A DNA stretch of 64,000 nt from the human T2T-CHM13v2.0 reference genome, Homo sapiens (GCF_009914755.1 NC_060940.1); one strand, 5' to 3'. Numbered from the stretch's first letter, positions 28,530-64,000 are shown. Program-made: numbers and translations. The notes: generated by a model from the letters alone, not told the origin.

Positions 28530-28735
28530 TGTCCCAGCCAATAGGGCAGTCTGGAAGGTCAAATAAGAAGGGAGCCAGGGACTATGTTGAGCGCCTGGCC
28601 GCTCTCCCAGCAACAAGCTCTGGGAGAGCAAGAGCCGGAGGTCTGAATGAGTCAGCATAGTGGGAAGTGGAAATGATGACTCAGCTCTGGGCCCTGATTT
28701 TCCTCTTCTTTGTCTAAGAGATGAGTCATCGCCTT
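28530..28735. promoter_or_regulatory. Candidate enhancer with three AP-1 sites, two in ARE context
   Basis: TGAGTCA 28648-28654, TGACTCA 28677-28683, TGAGTCA 28722-28728; GGAAGT and CCAAT nearby; non-repeat sequence. Confidence 0.55.
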
Positions 28736-28829
28736 TATGCCTTTAATTTTCAGACTTCAAACTCATCCCAGCAATGTAGAGGAAGCTGATGAGGGAAAGC
28801 TCCCTGCAGCGTGGGCTGTGCCCCCAGGA

Positions 28830-29170
28830 GCCCCTGAGTTTAAATTCAGTCTCTGCTACTTACTAATCACAGGATGTTGGCAAATCGCTGAGCCTGCATC
28901 CCCCCATCTGTCAAATGGGGGTGCTAAGGCCTACCTGGCAAGATTCCTTCATCTGATCAGTGCCAGGCGCTGGGGAGATGATAGTAAATGACACAGACAA
29001 AATTCCTGCCCCCACAAAGCTTACATTCTGGCGAGGAAAGACAATAATGAACAAATCTATATGTACAATGTAAGGCCAGCTGGTGGGGAGCATGGTGAAG
29101 AAAAATTAAACGGGTGAGGTGTAGAAGTAAGAGGAGGTAAGAGGATTGGATGAGAAAGTCCCTCTAGAGA
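28830..29170. mobile_element. MIR (sense, about 28830-28960) and L2 (antisense, about 28960-29170) fragments
   Basis: CCTGAGTTTAAATTC..CCCCATCTGTCAAATGGGG; CAGACAAAATTCCTGCCCCCACAAAGCTTACATTCTGG. Confidence 0.65.
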
Positions 29171-29286
29171 GTCTGGCACAGGGCCTTACACAGGCTAGGG
29201 CTTCAATAAATAAGCACAAATTGTCCTCTTTGTGGTTTAGGAATTAAAGGGCACATGGCTTTTAGGACTGAACAGACCTCCGCTCC

Positions 29287-29402
29287 CTGGAGGAGATGCA
29301 AGGTGGATGATCCCACAATGAGTTCCAGCACTGGGCCAAGGATTCTGGAGGAGATGCAAGGTGGATGATCCCACAATGAGTTCCAGCACTGGGCCAAGGA
29401 TT
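29287..29402. repeat. Perfect 58-bp tandem duplication
   Basis: CTGGAGGAGATGCAAGGTGGATGATCCCACAATGAGTTCCAGCACTGGGCCAAGGATT at 29287-29344 and 29345-29402, identical. Confidence 0.98.
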
Positions 29403-29440
29403 CCAGGTCCAGGGCAGTGAGAAAAAAGACACTCAGCTTT

Positions 29441-29452
29441 TATATATGTGTG

Positions 29453-29487
<35 letters not shown>

Positions 29488-29680
29488 GTATATATATATA
29501 TAATGTATACATATTATATATATATATAATATGTGTGCGTGTGTGTGTATATATATAGAATGGGTGCATTATATATACAATACACATATATAATATATAT
29601 CATATGTATACATATTATATATTATATGTATACATATTATATATAATATGTATAATATGCATGTGTGTGTGTATATATAT
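29441..29680. repeat. AT-rich (TA)n/(TG)n compound repeat
   Basis: Direct reading. Confidence 0.95.
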
Positions 29681-29684
29681 AGAA

Positions 29685-30775
<1,091 letters not shown>

Positions 30776-30796
30776 TGGTTTTTAAAATTTTAAACT

Positions 30797-31080
30797 TCTT
30801 TTGGTTTTGTTTTGAGACAGAGTGTCACTCCCTGTCGCCCAGGCTGTAGTGCAGTGGCTAAATCATAGCTCAGTGCAACCTTGACCTCCCACCTCAAGCA
30901 ATCCTGCCTCACCTTCCTGGGACCACAGGTGTGCATCACCACGCCCAGCTAAATTTCTAATTTTTTGTAGAGATGGGGTCGCGCTATGTTGCCCAGGCTG
31001 GTCTCGAACTCCTCAAGTGGTCCTCTCACCTTGGCCTCCTAAAGCGCTGGGATCACAGGCCTGAGCCACTGCACCCAGCT
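30797..31080 (-). mobile_element. AluJ
   Basis: Reverse AluJ consensus. Confidence 0.9.
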
Positions 31081-31109
31081 CATTTCACCCTCGTGATGCT
31101 TTGCTTGCC

Positions 31110-32250
<1,141 letters not shown>

Positions 32251-32441
32251 ATAAAGATGAAGAAACTGAGGCCAATAACGTATCCAAGATCACGCAGCAA
32301 GTCGATTTCAGAGCAGGATTTAAACCCAGGAAGTCTGTGCTCCTCATGACCATGCACTGCTCTTGTCCACTCAGTTTTGCTTCCTTTCATGGTTTCCATG
32401 GGCACCAACTCCATCTGCAGACACCATGCCCACTACCCAGT

Positions 32442-32637
32442 TAGGGTGGCCAAATTTAGCAAATAAAAATACAGGATGCCCAGTGAAATGTGAATTTCAG
32501 AAAAACAATGAACAATTTTTTTAGTATTTTTTTAATAGGTAAAATATTGTGTGGGAGATACTTACACTAAAAAAAAATTGGCTGCTTATCTGAAATTCAA
32601 ATGTAACTGGGTGTCCTGCATTTTATCTGGAAACCAC
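32442..32637. mobile_element. MER53 palindromic hAT MITE, intact
   Basis: TAGGGTGGCCAAATTTAGCAAATAAAAATACAGGATGCCCAG... inverted with ...CTGGGTGTCCTGCATTTTATCTGGAAACC. Confidence 0.9.
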
Positions 32638-32695
32638 ATTCCTTCTCCTCACTATTCTCCTGGGGGTGGAACTAGAAGCTGGTGAGAGGGGTTAG

Positions 32696-33682
<987 letters not shown>

Positions 33683-33719
33683 CTGAGCTCAACTTTTTAA
33701 GGTGGATTTGATATAACGG

Positions 33720-34165
33720 CTGTGTATTACTTAAGAGAACACGAGCCACCGTAACAAAGAAACCCTCAAAAGGACAAAAAAAAACAAAAACAAAAACAAA
33801 AAACCCGAAAATAAACCCCCAAATCTCAGTGGCCTAACACAAGGAGAATTTATTTCTTGCTCATATAAAGTCCAAAACTGGTATTCCTGATAGGCAGGTG
33901 GCTCTCTTCCATTACCTGATCCAGGGACCCACGCTCCTGCTTGCTCGGGGCTCTGCTTTCTCCATCAAGATGAGTAAAATGCAGGAGCACGGAGGTCAGC
34001 CCAGGAGGTGGTTACTAGCAAGGCCACTAGCACGGGGTTGGGGGAATGCCTCTCCTTGCATTCCTTTGGCCCAAATCCAGTCACGTGCCCACCCTCAACA
34101 GCAAGGGATGCTGGGAAATGTAGTCCAGCCACAAGCCAAGGAGGTGGCCAGGAACAGCCTTTGGC
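33720..34165 (-). mobile_element. MLT1K-like LTR
   Basis: AAATCTCAGTGGCCTAACACAA..TTTATTTCTTGCTCA..GCAAGGGATGCTGGGAAATGTAGTC. Confidence 0.75.
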
Positions 34166-34259
34166 CAACTCGGAGGCCCTGAGTGATCTGAGTCTGAGCT
34201 CACGCCACCTTCCTCATTCACTACGCTGTAGGTACATTGATTCCTATAGTTCCCCCAAA

Positions 34260-35285
<1,026 letters not shown>

Positions 35286-35898
35286 GAACCCAACTTACAA
35301 AACATCCTGATGCCATATATCTATAGGTCTGGCATATACAAGTTATACTTGTTGTCCAAATATTAATTAATGAAGTCTTTGCAATTTCCCCGAGGAGTTG
35401 GCTGAGGGTGCTTTCATGTCGATGATACAAGACACAAATAGAGCGAAATGATTTATTCTGGGTCACTGGTGACTCAGTGTCTGGGAATAGAAACATACTC
35501 AGAAACCTTTGCTCTAATTAGTCAAGGTAATTATTAGGCACAATAATTAAGCATGACTGACCTCAGCCAGGCTGTTTTGTAACCTCTGGAATTTAAGACC
35601 TGTACTAATTTTGCTTTAATGACAGTATTCGTTGTGGATTGCCACAAACCCTTTTTGCTTTTCCTGAGAAATCAAACATATTTGCCTCAAAATATAGTAT
35701 TTTCAATGATGAATGCTTTGATTGACTCACTGTCACATTCTGGAGTCATTCCTTACATTATTTCCCTCTAATATAATTTTTGTTTTTGTGGGATTCTTCT
35801 TTTGTGTTTTAGTTTTTGGTTATTTTTACAGGTCAATTCTAGTCCCATTAGAAACTCCCCCCCAGCCCATTTTATTATTGAATCAATATTTATTGTGG

Positions 35899-36570
<672 letters not shown>

Positions 36571-36699
36571 TTATCTACGTGTGTAATTGGTAGTATGAGG
36601 AGGGTTTGTAACACTTTAGTTATTCCTTTAGCATACTGTTTGCTATGACCTCACTCAGCCAACATCTCCTGTGGTCTTACACCAGGCAAGGCTTGGCAA

Positions 36700-36915
36700 T
36701 GTATGAGTTTGCTCCTTTAATCTTCAAAGCCGACCTAGAGGAATGTGCTATTATTAGTATTATTATTCTTATCCCCAGTTTGCAGATGAGAAAACTATAG
36801 CATGAGGGTTTAAGTAACCTGCCCCCAAATCACACAGCTGGTAGTTAGATGATGGTGGCAGAATCTGAACCCAGGGAGTTGATATCTGAGCCTGTGCTCT
36901 TACCTTCATCCTACT
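36700..36915 (-). mobile_element. MIR
   Basis: TTATCCCCAGTTTGCAGATGAGAAAACT..AAGTAACCTGCCC..TCACACAGCTGGT. Confidence 0.8.
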
Positions 36916-37056
36916 CAACTCATGATACTACAATTTGTGATTGTCTAAAAAGGACCTTAACTTCTCTAATATTGCACATTGCCCCTATATATTCATGCAA
37001 CGAGCATTTGCTGATGGTTTGAGACCCTGGGGCCAAATCCTGGCTTGGTCAGCAAT

Positions 37057-37818
<762 letters not shown>

Positions 37819-37941
37819 CAGGGAATTGCTGTGTGGCCTTGGGTACGTCTCTCAAACTCCCTGGTCTCAGATTCCTTGTATTCAAAATGAACAGAACAAT
37901 CCTCACTCACAGACTTGCTTTGAGAAGTAAATAAGAATGCT

Positions 37942-39639
<1,698 letters not shown>

Positions 39640-39720
39640 TCAACCAGCTCATCAGCTCATGGCCAATCCAGTTTCAGTCAGTCCTCAACTCATTGGAATT
39701 TTAAATTCCTCCTCCAGGGA

Positions 39721-41120
<1,400 letters not shown>

Positions 41121-41489
41121 ATTTCTGCCATGAATTTCAAAAGCTTACTTGGGAACTCATAAAATAAAAAAAATTTGGCTCTTTCTTCTTTTCTTGGTTT
41201 GAGTCAAACCTTTCCAATTGGTTTATCCAGTATGATTCAGCCTCAGCCTTAATATATGATTTTTATGGGGAGAGGGGTCACAGGGTTTTTCAGAAAAGGA
41301 AAATAAGCATAATATTGCAACATGTGCAAAAAATGTCACCCATTGCTGTTTTTATTGTTGTTAAAGTAATTTTAGTGAACTTAAGCTATTTATCAGAATA
41401 TCTACTGGCTGTGATGCTCACTATCCTGTTTTTTTCCCTGTGACTTTAACCTCTTCAATTATAATTTCTCCTAATATAAAGTTTTGCAT

Positions 41490-42094
<605 letters not shown>

Positions 42095-42693
42095 TGGGGT
42101 GGTTATTTTTCATTTAATATGTCAATATCCCAGGTGTTTCTGCAAAAGCAGCATCTTGGGTCTCTGCACTGTTGCACACTCACAAGCCAGTGTCTTAGAG
42201 GTCACCTAAAGTTCCATGTCATTTGGAAGTCTGACACTCCAGTTTACCCTTGCATCATCGGATCCCCTTAGTCATAAGCACTGGCATTAATGTTGAAGTT
42301 AGGCACCTGTTAAAGCAAAGTCAGATTTTTCTTTTCACGCAGATCCACTGGGAAATTTCCCAATACTGTGTTTATCAAAACTAAAAGCCTCGTAGAATCA
42401 GGATTCATCCAGACAGCATGATTTAGGCCCAAACATAATATAGATATACAGAAGGGGAAGGAAGGATGGTTAGCGGTTAGAACCACTTACTGAGAATAGA
42501 ATCACTTATGTTTATTCTCAGCTCAGCCAACAGCTTCCCTGGCAACCCAAAGTGCCACAGCTGGGCTCAGCTTCCTCATGGGCAGTTTTCCTGGTGATAA
42601 AATCAGAATAGCCTGTGTCCTTACAGCCAGAGGTAAGAGAGCTTGTGTTTTTTTTTTAAGTGGCCCCAATTGTTACAGTTGGGTGTGCCTTGA

Positions 42694-43047
<354 letters not shown>

Positions 43048-43166
43048 TAGATCTACTTAAAGGAAGATTAGTTTTAACCTATTTGATTTTAGTTCATCCT
43101 TTAAATAAAGGCTTTTTATGTTTTTTTCAGATAGAAGACATTTTATTACATTAAGAATATCATGCT

Positions 43167-46298
<3,132 letters not shown>

Positions 46299-46482
46299 AT
46301 ATAATTTTTAAGAAAGAAAAAATTAAGAATAGTATGTAAAGGAAAATTCTAATTTTATAAAACACATATGCATAGAAAATGTAATGGAAAGATATCTATG
46401 AAAATATTACGTTACACTTGTTTTTGGGTGGTCGGTCACTAGTTTGATTGGCTGTGTCTTCTCATTTATCTGCACTTTATAG

Positions 46483-48678
<2,196 letters not shown>

Positions 48679-48745
48679 AATATAACATGTGAAATTGTGT
48701 GTGTGAGTGTCGTGGGGGTGGGGGCTTTCTGTTAAAATGTTGTAA

Positions 48746-49121
<376 letters not shown>

Positions 49122-49149
49122 TGAATATTAGTGTCTGCATTCAATCTCC

Positions 49150-49758
49150 TCCTTGCCATACGTAATTGATATTCACACTGCCCAATATCCAGTTCTCCCT
49201 TCCTTTTTCAGTGTATGGAAGTACCTTCCCAATGACTTTGAGTTAGGCAGGGCTACGTGACTAATTCTGGCCAATAGAATATGAATCATAAGTGATGTGT
49301 CATTTCCTTTCTGAGGCCCCTGCAAGATTCTCCAGGCTTCATCTTGCTCATCATAGAGGAGGCCTTGTACTGAAAGCGTGGAGCCACAAGATAGAAGCTG
49401 CCTGGATCCCTGAGTCACCACATGTCATCACGTGGAAGGCAGAAGCCCTGGAGAGTGGTATGGACCCAGAGCCTGCTTTGCCTGAACATGAAATAAACTT
49501 TTGTGGTGTTTAGCCTATTAAATATATGTGTGTGCGAGTATATATATATATATATATATACTTTTTTTTTTTTTTGAGACAGAGTCTTACTATGTTGCCC
49601 GGGCTGGTCTCAAACTTCTGGCCTCAAGTGATCTTCCTGTCTCACTTTCCCAAATAGCTGGGACTACAGGCATCAACCACCATGTTGCCAGGTGTACATA
49701 ATTGTATTGTTTTCATTTGTTCATTTACAGCAGCATAGCCTGTCCTGAGCAGTACAAC
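49150..49758 (+). mobile_element. MLT1I/J-like LTR interrupted by (TA)n and an Alu monomer (49562-49690)
   Basis: GTGACTAATTCTGGCCAATAGAAT..GGAGCCACAAGATAGAAG..CCTGGATCCCTGAGTCACCAC..AAATAAACTTTTG. Confidence 0.75.
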
Positions 49759-49785
49759 ATAGCGATGAATATTTCTAGAAGATAA

Positions 49786-50901
<1,116 letters not shown>

Positions 50902-51049
50902 GATGGTATTTTTTTTAAGGAGGAAAGAAAATGTCCTTGTGAAGTGGTTCTGACCTGCGAGGCCAATATTAATGTGCCCTCATTTGGGCAGAGAGGGAGA
51001 ACACTGCATGTGTCTGCTTTCATACTTCTGCATGTTCCCATTTGTTACG

Positions 51050-51310
51050 TGAGGTGGGCAGCCTCTAAGAGAGCTCCCAAAGATCCAACGCCTCTTGGAA
51101 TTCATTCTGTTGTGTAACATCCAGCCCTCGAGTGTGCATTGGATTGACTGACTTATCTCAAATGAATAGGATACAGCAGAAGTGATGGATGTCACCCCTG
51201 AGAGTGGATTATGAACAATGGTAGTTTCCACCTCTTGGACACTCTCTTTTGCACTCTCCCTCTGCCCTAAAGAGCCAGCTGCCAGGTTGTGAGCTGCCCT
51301 TTGGAGGGCT
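51050..51310 (+). mobile_element. MLT1E/F-like LTR 5' part
   Basis: GGTGGGCAGCCTCTAAGA..GAATAGGATACAGCAGAAGTGATGGATGTCAC. Confidence 0.75.
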
Positions 51311-51319
51311 GATTAACAC

Positions 51320-52290
<971 letters not shown>

Positions 52291-52469
52291 GATGGCGAGC
52301 AATGCTGGCAGCCACCCACTGGATGCCAGAGATCACATCACGATGACAACCCAACACCCACTCTCTGTTTACAAACGTCAGCTTGAATGGGACAGTGATG
52401 CCACAATGGAGAACCACTAGACCAGTGTTCCTTTTGTTTCGACAAACCCCATTTAGGAACCACGGGAGA

Positions 52470-53614
<1,145 letters not shown>

Positions 53615-54107
53615 AAGGAAAACAGTTCATATTCTCAGCTGAATTCATGATAGCACATTTCACAAGATGGCAACAAGCATGAGATATAGCTATGAGCAGT
53701 ACATTTTGGCTTAGCTTTGTAGTCTGTGGTTTTCAGTTTCTGAAAAGACCCAAATGTTCTTTATTTAAAGAACCAAGGTTTACATGCCGTGGTGAATCAC
53801 AACGTGGTGGTTAGAGCCCAGTCAGACGGTCCATTTGCTTTCTATTCTTAACTTTCTCGCTGGCCCCAGAGCCTCTTAGAACCTCCCTGGATAAAAATAA
53901 GTGGTGTTTGGTAATCCTGAGCTGAAAGGTGGTACTTAAGTCAAAAGCACACCTGAACACAGCTAATTTGCACTAATCATCTAGATCTGCCATGAATCAG
54001 CCAGAGGGGAAAACGTCATTATGATGCAACCACAACCAGGTATTGCAGGACCTAACCAACCTCAAACATGATTTTCATTTCTGAAACCGACTTCTAAGCC
54101 CCCTCAT

Positions 54108-55862
<1,755 letters not shown>

Positions 55863-55882
55863 GTGGTAAATGTCCAATTATA

Positions 55883-56093
55883 GTAGTGATCTTCAACTGG
55901 CGTGATTTTGTCGCCCCAGAAGACATTTTTGGTTGTCATTACTGCAAGAAGCTGCGTGGGGTGGGTATTACCAGCCTCTAGTGGGTAGAAGCCGGGGATG
56001 TTGCTAAACAGCTTAAAGCGCTTAGCCCAGCCCTCAACAACAAATAATTATTTTGGTCCAAAATAGCCATAGTGCTGAGGTTGGGCAACTCTG
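55883..56093 (+). mobile_element. MER20
   Basis: GACATTTTTGGTTGTCA..CTAGTGGGTAGAAGCCGGGGATGTTGCTAAACA..CAACAACAAATAATTAT..TAGTGCTGAGGTTG. Confidence 0.85.
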
Positions 56094-56189
56094 AACTCCA
56101 GGGGACTGCTTAAATAAAGTAGAACATTCTTACAAGGAATAACTATTATGTAGTCATTGAGAAGAATGTGCCTTAAAACTTTTTAACAT

Positions 56190-56340
56190 TTCTATTTATT
56201 TATCTATTTGTTTGTTTATTTACAGAGGTGGGATCTTGCTATGTTGCCCAGGCTGGTCTTGAATTCCTAGGCTCAAGCGATCCTCTCACCTTGGCCCCCT
56301 GAAGTGTTGGGATTACAGAAACAAGCCTCTGCACCCAGCT
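56190..56340 (-). mobile_element. FLAM/AluJ monomer
   Basis: Reverse left-arm Alu. Confidence 0.88.
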
Positions 56341-56612
56341 AAGACATTTTTAGAACTTAGGGAAATGTTTATGACATGATGTGGGGGATAAAACGGTAAG
56401 AGGAGTCTATTCAACATATCACCTGTTTTAATTTTCTCCCTACTTTATATCACTACTTACAATGATCTTGTTTGTTTCCACGTTTACTTATGTATCGTCT
56501 GTCTTCCTTCACTAGGGTGAAGGTCCTGGTATACTGTAGGGGAAAATGAAATAGTCGGAGAAGTGAAATAGGGGAGAGTGGAATGACAGGGTAAACCTGA
56601 TGATAATAAAAT

Positions 56613-56819
56613 CAGTGAAGTGCTGGTAAATGTTTAACAACTGACTGTGCAAAGAAAATCCCTGATTTATAGAGTAGCATTTGCCAATTTCTATGGTGTA
56701 AATACTCCCACCATGGCTGATTTCAAGCTACCTTGTGATGTCACTGAAGGAGGAGCAGAATAGAGACATGCACAGCTGCCTATCCAAGCCCATGGGAGCT
56801 GGTGCTAGCACAACAGTGG
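56613..56819. mobile_element. MER63A (hAT-Blackjack), near full length
   Basis: CAGTG..GTGCTGGTAAATGTTTAACAAC..TAGCATTTGCCAATTTCTATGGTGTAAATACTCCCACCATGGC..TTTCAAGCTACC..TAGCACAACAGTG. Confidence 0.88.
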
Positions 56820-56852
56820 AAATACTTCTGTCAATATAAAAGACTGAAAGGT

Positions 56853-57830
<978 letters not shown>

Positions 57831-58536
57831 TTAAATTAATTAATTAATTAATGCAGACTCCCAGACCTCCAGAACCAAAGTCTGTATTTGAATACGAGAG
57901 CCTGTGTTACTGCTATTTTTGTACACCGGTTGTGGTCAGAGAGTGTAGCTCTATCATATAGATGTCTTGGCTCGTCAAGAAGCTGGTCCTCATGTGATAC
58001 CTGGGTTGGCCCATGAATCTGAGTCTTTTTGTTTTCAGAGCCATGCCACTTTTAGAACACAGTTTCAGGAAAATTGGGGAACTGTTTAGTCATCAGAAGC
58101 AAGAGACCTGAGACACAGTCTATAGGTGGCACCTTCCTCCATGGCACTGTCATCGTGCTGAATGAAGCACATCTCCAGCCCAGGGTCTGCCTCCAATCCA
58201 GGCTCAGAGAACCACCCACAGAGTGGCCACAAGTCGGGCAAGGCCACAGGCAGTCTTTCTGAAAATGCATTTAATTGCCTGTGATTCAGCCCTCAGATAG
58301 CAGAGTCAGGATGAGCGATCACATTCTTATCCTGAGTACTATCTGATAACCGGCAGCAACTTGCAGCTACTGTTCTAGGCTGAGGACCAGCTTCAGAAGG
58401 GACACGAGGCTGTAATGGAGAAAAGGTGCATAAACACAGTGGGTAAAAGCAAGATGAAAGTAAAAATGAGGAACAACCGCAGATCTCAAACTACAAAACA
58501 TCACATGTATTGAGAAATCTGCAAATTGCCAAGAGC

Positions 58537-59643
<1,107 letters not shown>

Positions 59644-59669
59644 AGCTTTACATATTATAAGGATGAATA

Positions 59670-60140
59670 AATTGTGTTTAGTTCGTACAGAGACATGACC
59701 ACAGTTGCTTATATAAACTAGAGGTTTATTTTTCTCTACTTAAAAAAGTCTGGAATTAGGTAGTCCAGGGATGTTGACAAATTCATCACGCACTTCCTCC
59801 TTTCTTCTCCACCATTCTTAGCACATGGCTTCCTTTCTTAAGGTTACTTCATGGTCAAAGATGGCTGCTGCAGCCCTCAACGTTTTGCTTGTGTTCCCGG
59901 CAGCGGGAAGAAGGAAGTAGCAAGAGCCAGAGGCAAGCTAAGTCATTTCCCTTTAAATAGCTTTCCTGGAAACCCCACCCAATGACTTCCTCTTATTATT
60001 TCATCATCCTCCCTTAGCTGCAAGGGAGGCTGGGAAGTGTAGTCCTTAAGATGGGCACATTGCTCACTTGAATAAAATTCAGACTCTGCTAGCAAAGAAT
60101 AATGGGGGAATGGATATTAGGAAGGGAGCTAGTGGACTCC
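59670..60140 (-). mobile_element. MLT1J/K-like LTR
   Basis: AGAGGTTTATTTTTCTC..AAGATGGCTGCTGCAGC..CTTAGCTGCAAGGGAGGCTGGGAAGTGTAGTC. Confidence 0.78.
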
Positions 60141-60269
60141 ATTATGCATACATTATCCCATTACATGCTCACTGTTGAGACACCCTTAGGAAAATCTAGT
60201 ATTTCCTCCATTAGGAAAATCTACTATTCTCCATTAGGTTAAAAATTTAAAGAAAAAAACTAAATTAAA

Positions 60270-61085
<816 letters not shown>

Positions 61086-61219
61086 TCATAAAAATAAATA
61101 AAACAAGACTTTAGAAAGAAACAAGTACGATCAGAAGAACAAATGAAGTGAGTTGTGACTGGATTCAATTATGAGCTTGCCATTTCTGCCCTAGGGGAGA
61201 TATTCAAAAAGGGGCCCTA

Positions 61220-61580
<361 letters not shown>

Positions 61581-61627
61581 AGGTTACCCAATTCTATGAC
61601 ATTCCTACCTTCAAAAGGTAGATCCTG

Positions 61628-61930
61628 GCCCGGGTGCAGTGGCTTAAGGCTGTAATCCCAGCACTTTGGAAGGCCGAGGATGGTGGATCACTGGAAGTTT
61701 AGGAGTTCGAGACCAACCTGGCCAACATGGAGAAACCCCATCTCTACTAAAAATACAAATATTAGCTGGGCATGGTGATGGGTGCCTATAATCCCAGTTA
61801 GGAGGCTAAGGCAGGGAGAATTGCTTGAACCTGGGAGGCAGAGGTTGCAGTGAGCCAGGATTGTGCCACTGCACTCCAGCCTGGGCGACAGAGTGAGGCT
61901 CCGTCTCAAAAAGAAAAAAAAAAGAAAAGA
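61628..61930 (+). mobile_element. AluS
   Basis: Alu consensus. Confidence 0.92.
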
Positions 61931-61931
61931 T

Positions 61932-62314
61932 ATTTGATCCTCAATGTGGCAGTGTTGGGAGGTGGAGCCAAATAAGAGATGTTGGGTTATTGAGTCAGAT
62001 CCCTCATGAATGGCTTGGTGCTGTTTCTGCAGTAGTGAGAACTGAATTGATTTCCGTGGGACTGGATTAGTCCCTCTGAGAGTGGTTTGTTATAAAGCCA
62101 GGAAGCCTCTTAGGTTTTCCTCTCTTCACATATGTCCACTTCCCTTTTGACTTTCTCTGCCATGTTGTGACACAGCACAGAAGCCCTCCCCAGAGGTCAG
62201 GGCCATGCCCTTGGCCTTCTCAGCTTGTAGGACCATGAGCTAAATAACTGTTTTTCTTTACACATTGCCAAGTCTGAGGTATTTTTTTATAGCAATACAA
62301 AATGGACTAAGACA
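61932..62314 (+). mobile_element. MSTB-like MaLR LTR, 5'-truncated
   Basis: TTTGATCCTCAATGTGGCAGTGTTGGGAGGTGG..GATCCCTCATGAATGGCTTGGTGC..AAAATGGACTAAGACA. Confidence 0.88.
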
Positions 62315-62416
62315 ATTACTAAATATTATCTGAGAGGAAATAAATGGAGATACTTCCTGGCTGGTTTCTGTCTCTGAGTTTCTTGAAGTTTCTCATTTGT
62401 AATTAAAATAATCAAG

Positions 62417-63261
<845 letters not shown>

Positions 63262-63390
63262 CAGCTGTGGGGTTTTGCATGAGTTATCTACCCCCTCTAA
63301 GCCTCAGTCTCCTCACCTACAAATGGTGACAATTGACAGTAACTGTGCCACTAGGCAGGTGTGAAGAAAAATGAGATAATGCGTATGGAT

Positions 63391-63919
<529 letters not shown>

Positions 63920-64000
63920 ATATAGATGACCTAATTCTGTGCAAGGTGCTTAGTTAGTATTCAATAAACGATAATCGTGTTCATTTTTCCTCTCTTTGGA

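Noticed and set aside
28673-28789. Possible C/D-box snoRNA (ATGATGA at 28673, CTGA at 28694 and 28786)
   Set aside because: No terminal stem or recognisable rRNA guide; the C-box overlaps the AP-1 motif, which explains it better
29287-29402. CRISPR-like or minisatellite array
   Set aside because: Only two adjacent copies, no spacers, eukaryotic context; a simple tandem duplication

Overview
Primate (most likely human) non-coding genomic DNA, intergenic or intronic. I could not assign the locus. The window is extremely Alu-dense: about 125 Alu elements or fragments by manual count, roughly half the sequence, including AluJ, AluS and AluY types and many nested or stacked insertions. These sit on a background of older repeats: L1M/L1ME, L2, MIR, the MaLR elements MST/MLT1/THE1-int, the ERV LTRs MER21/LTR47/MER39/MER4/LTR33, and the DNA transposons Tigger3, MER63, MER103, MER58, MER53, MER5A and MER20. 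No protein-coding exon, RNA gene, CpG island or CRISPR-like structure is recognisable. The supplied ORFs are mostly Alu or microsatellite translations, and none of the rest resembles a known protein. I found no convincing new biological system. The best leads are: (1) a local inversion that appears to split one Alu insertion and its target-site duplication inside an L1 (about 12.9-13.7 kb); (2) a triple AP-1/ARE motif cluster at 28.65-28.73 kb next to a perfect 58-bp tandem duplication; (3) several template-switch scars inside Alus; (4) a spacer-less inverted Alu fusion with a dense mutation cluster at 61.2-61.6 kb; (5) a (GGAA)17 microsatellite; (6) motif-rich unique islands with STAT, RFX, kB or homeodomain sites. 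Repeat family names come from my recall of consensus sequences, not from a RepeatMasker run, and boundaries are approximate (about 10-20 bp).
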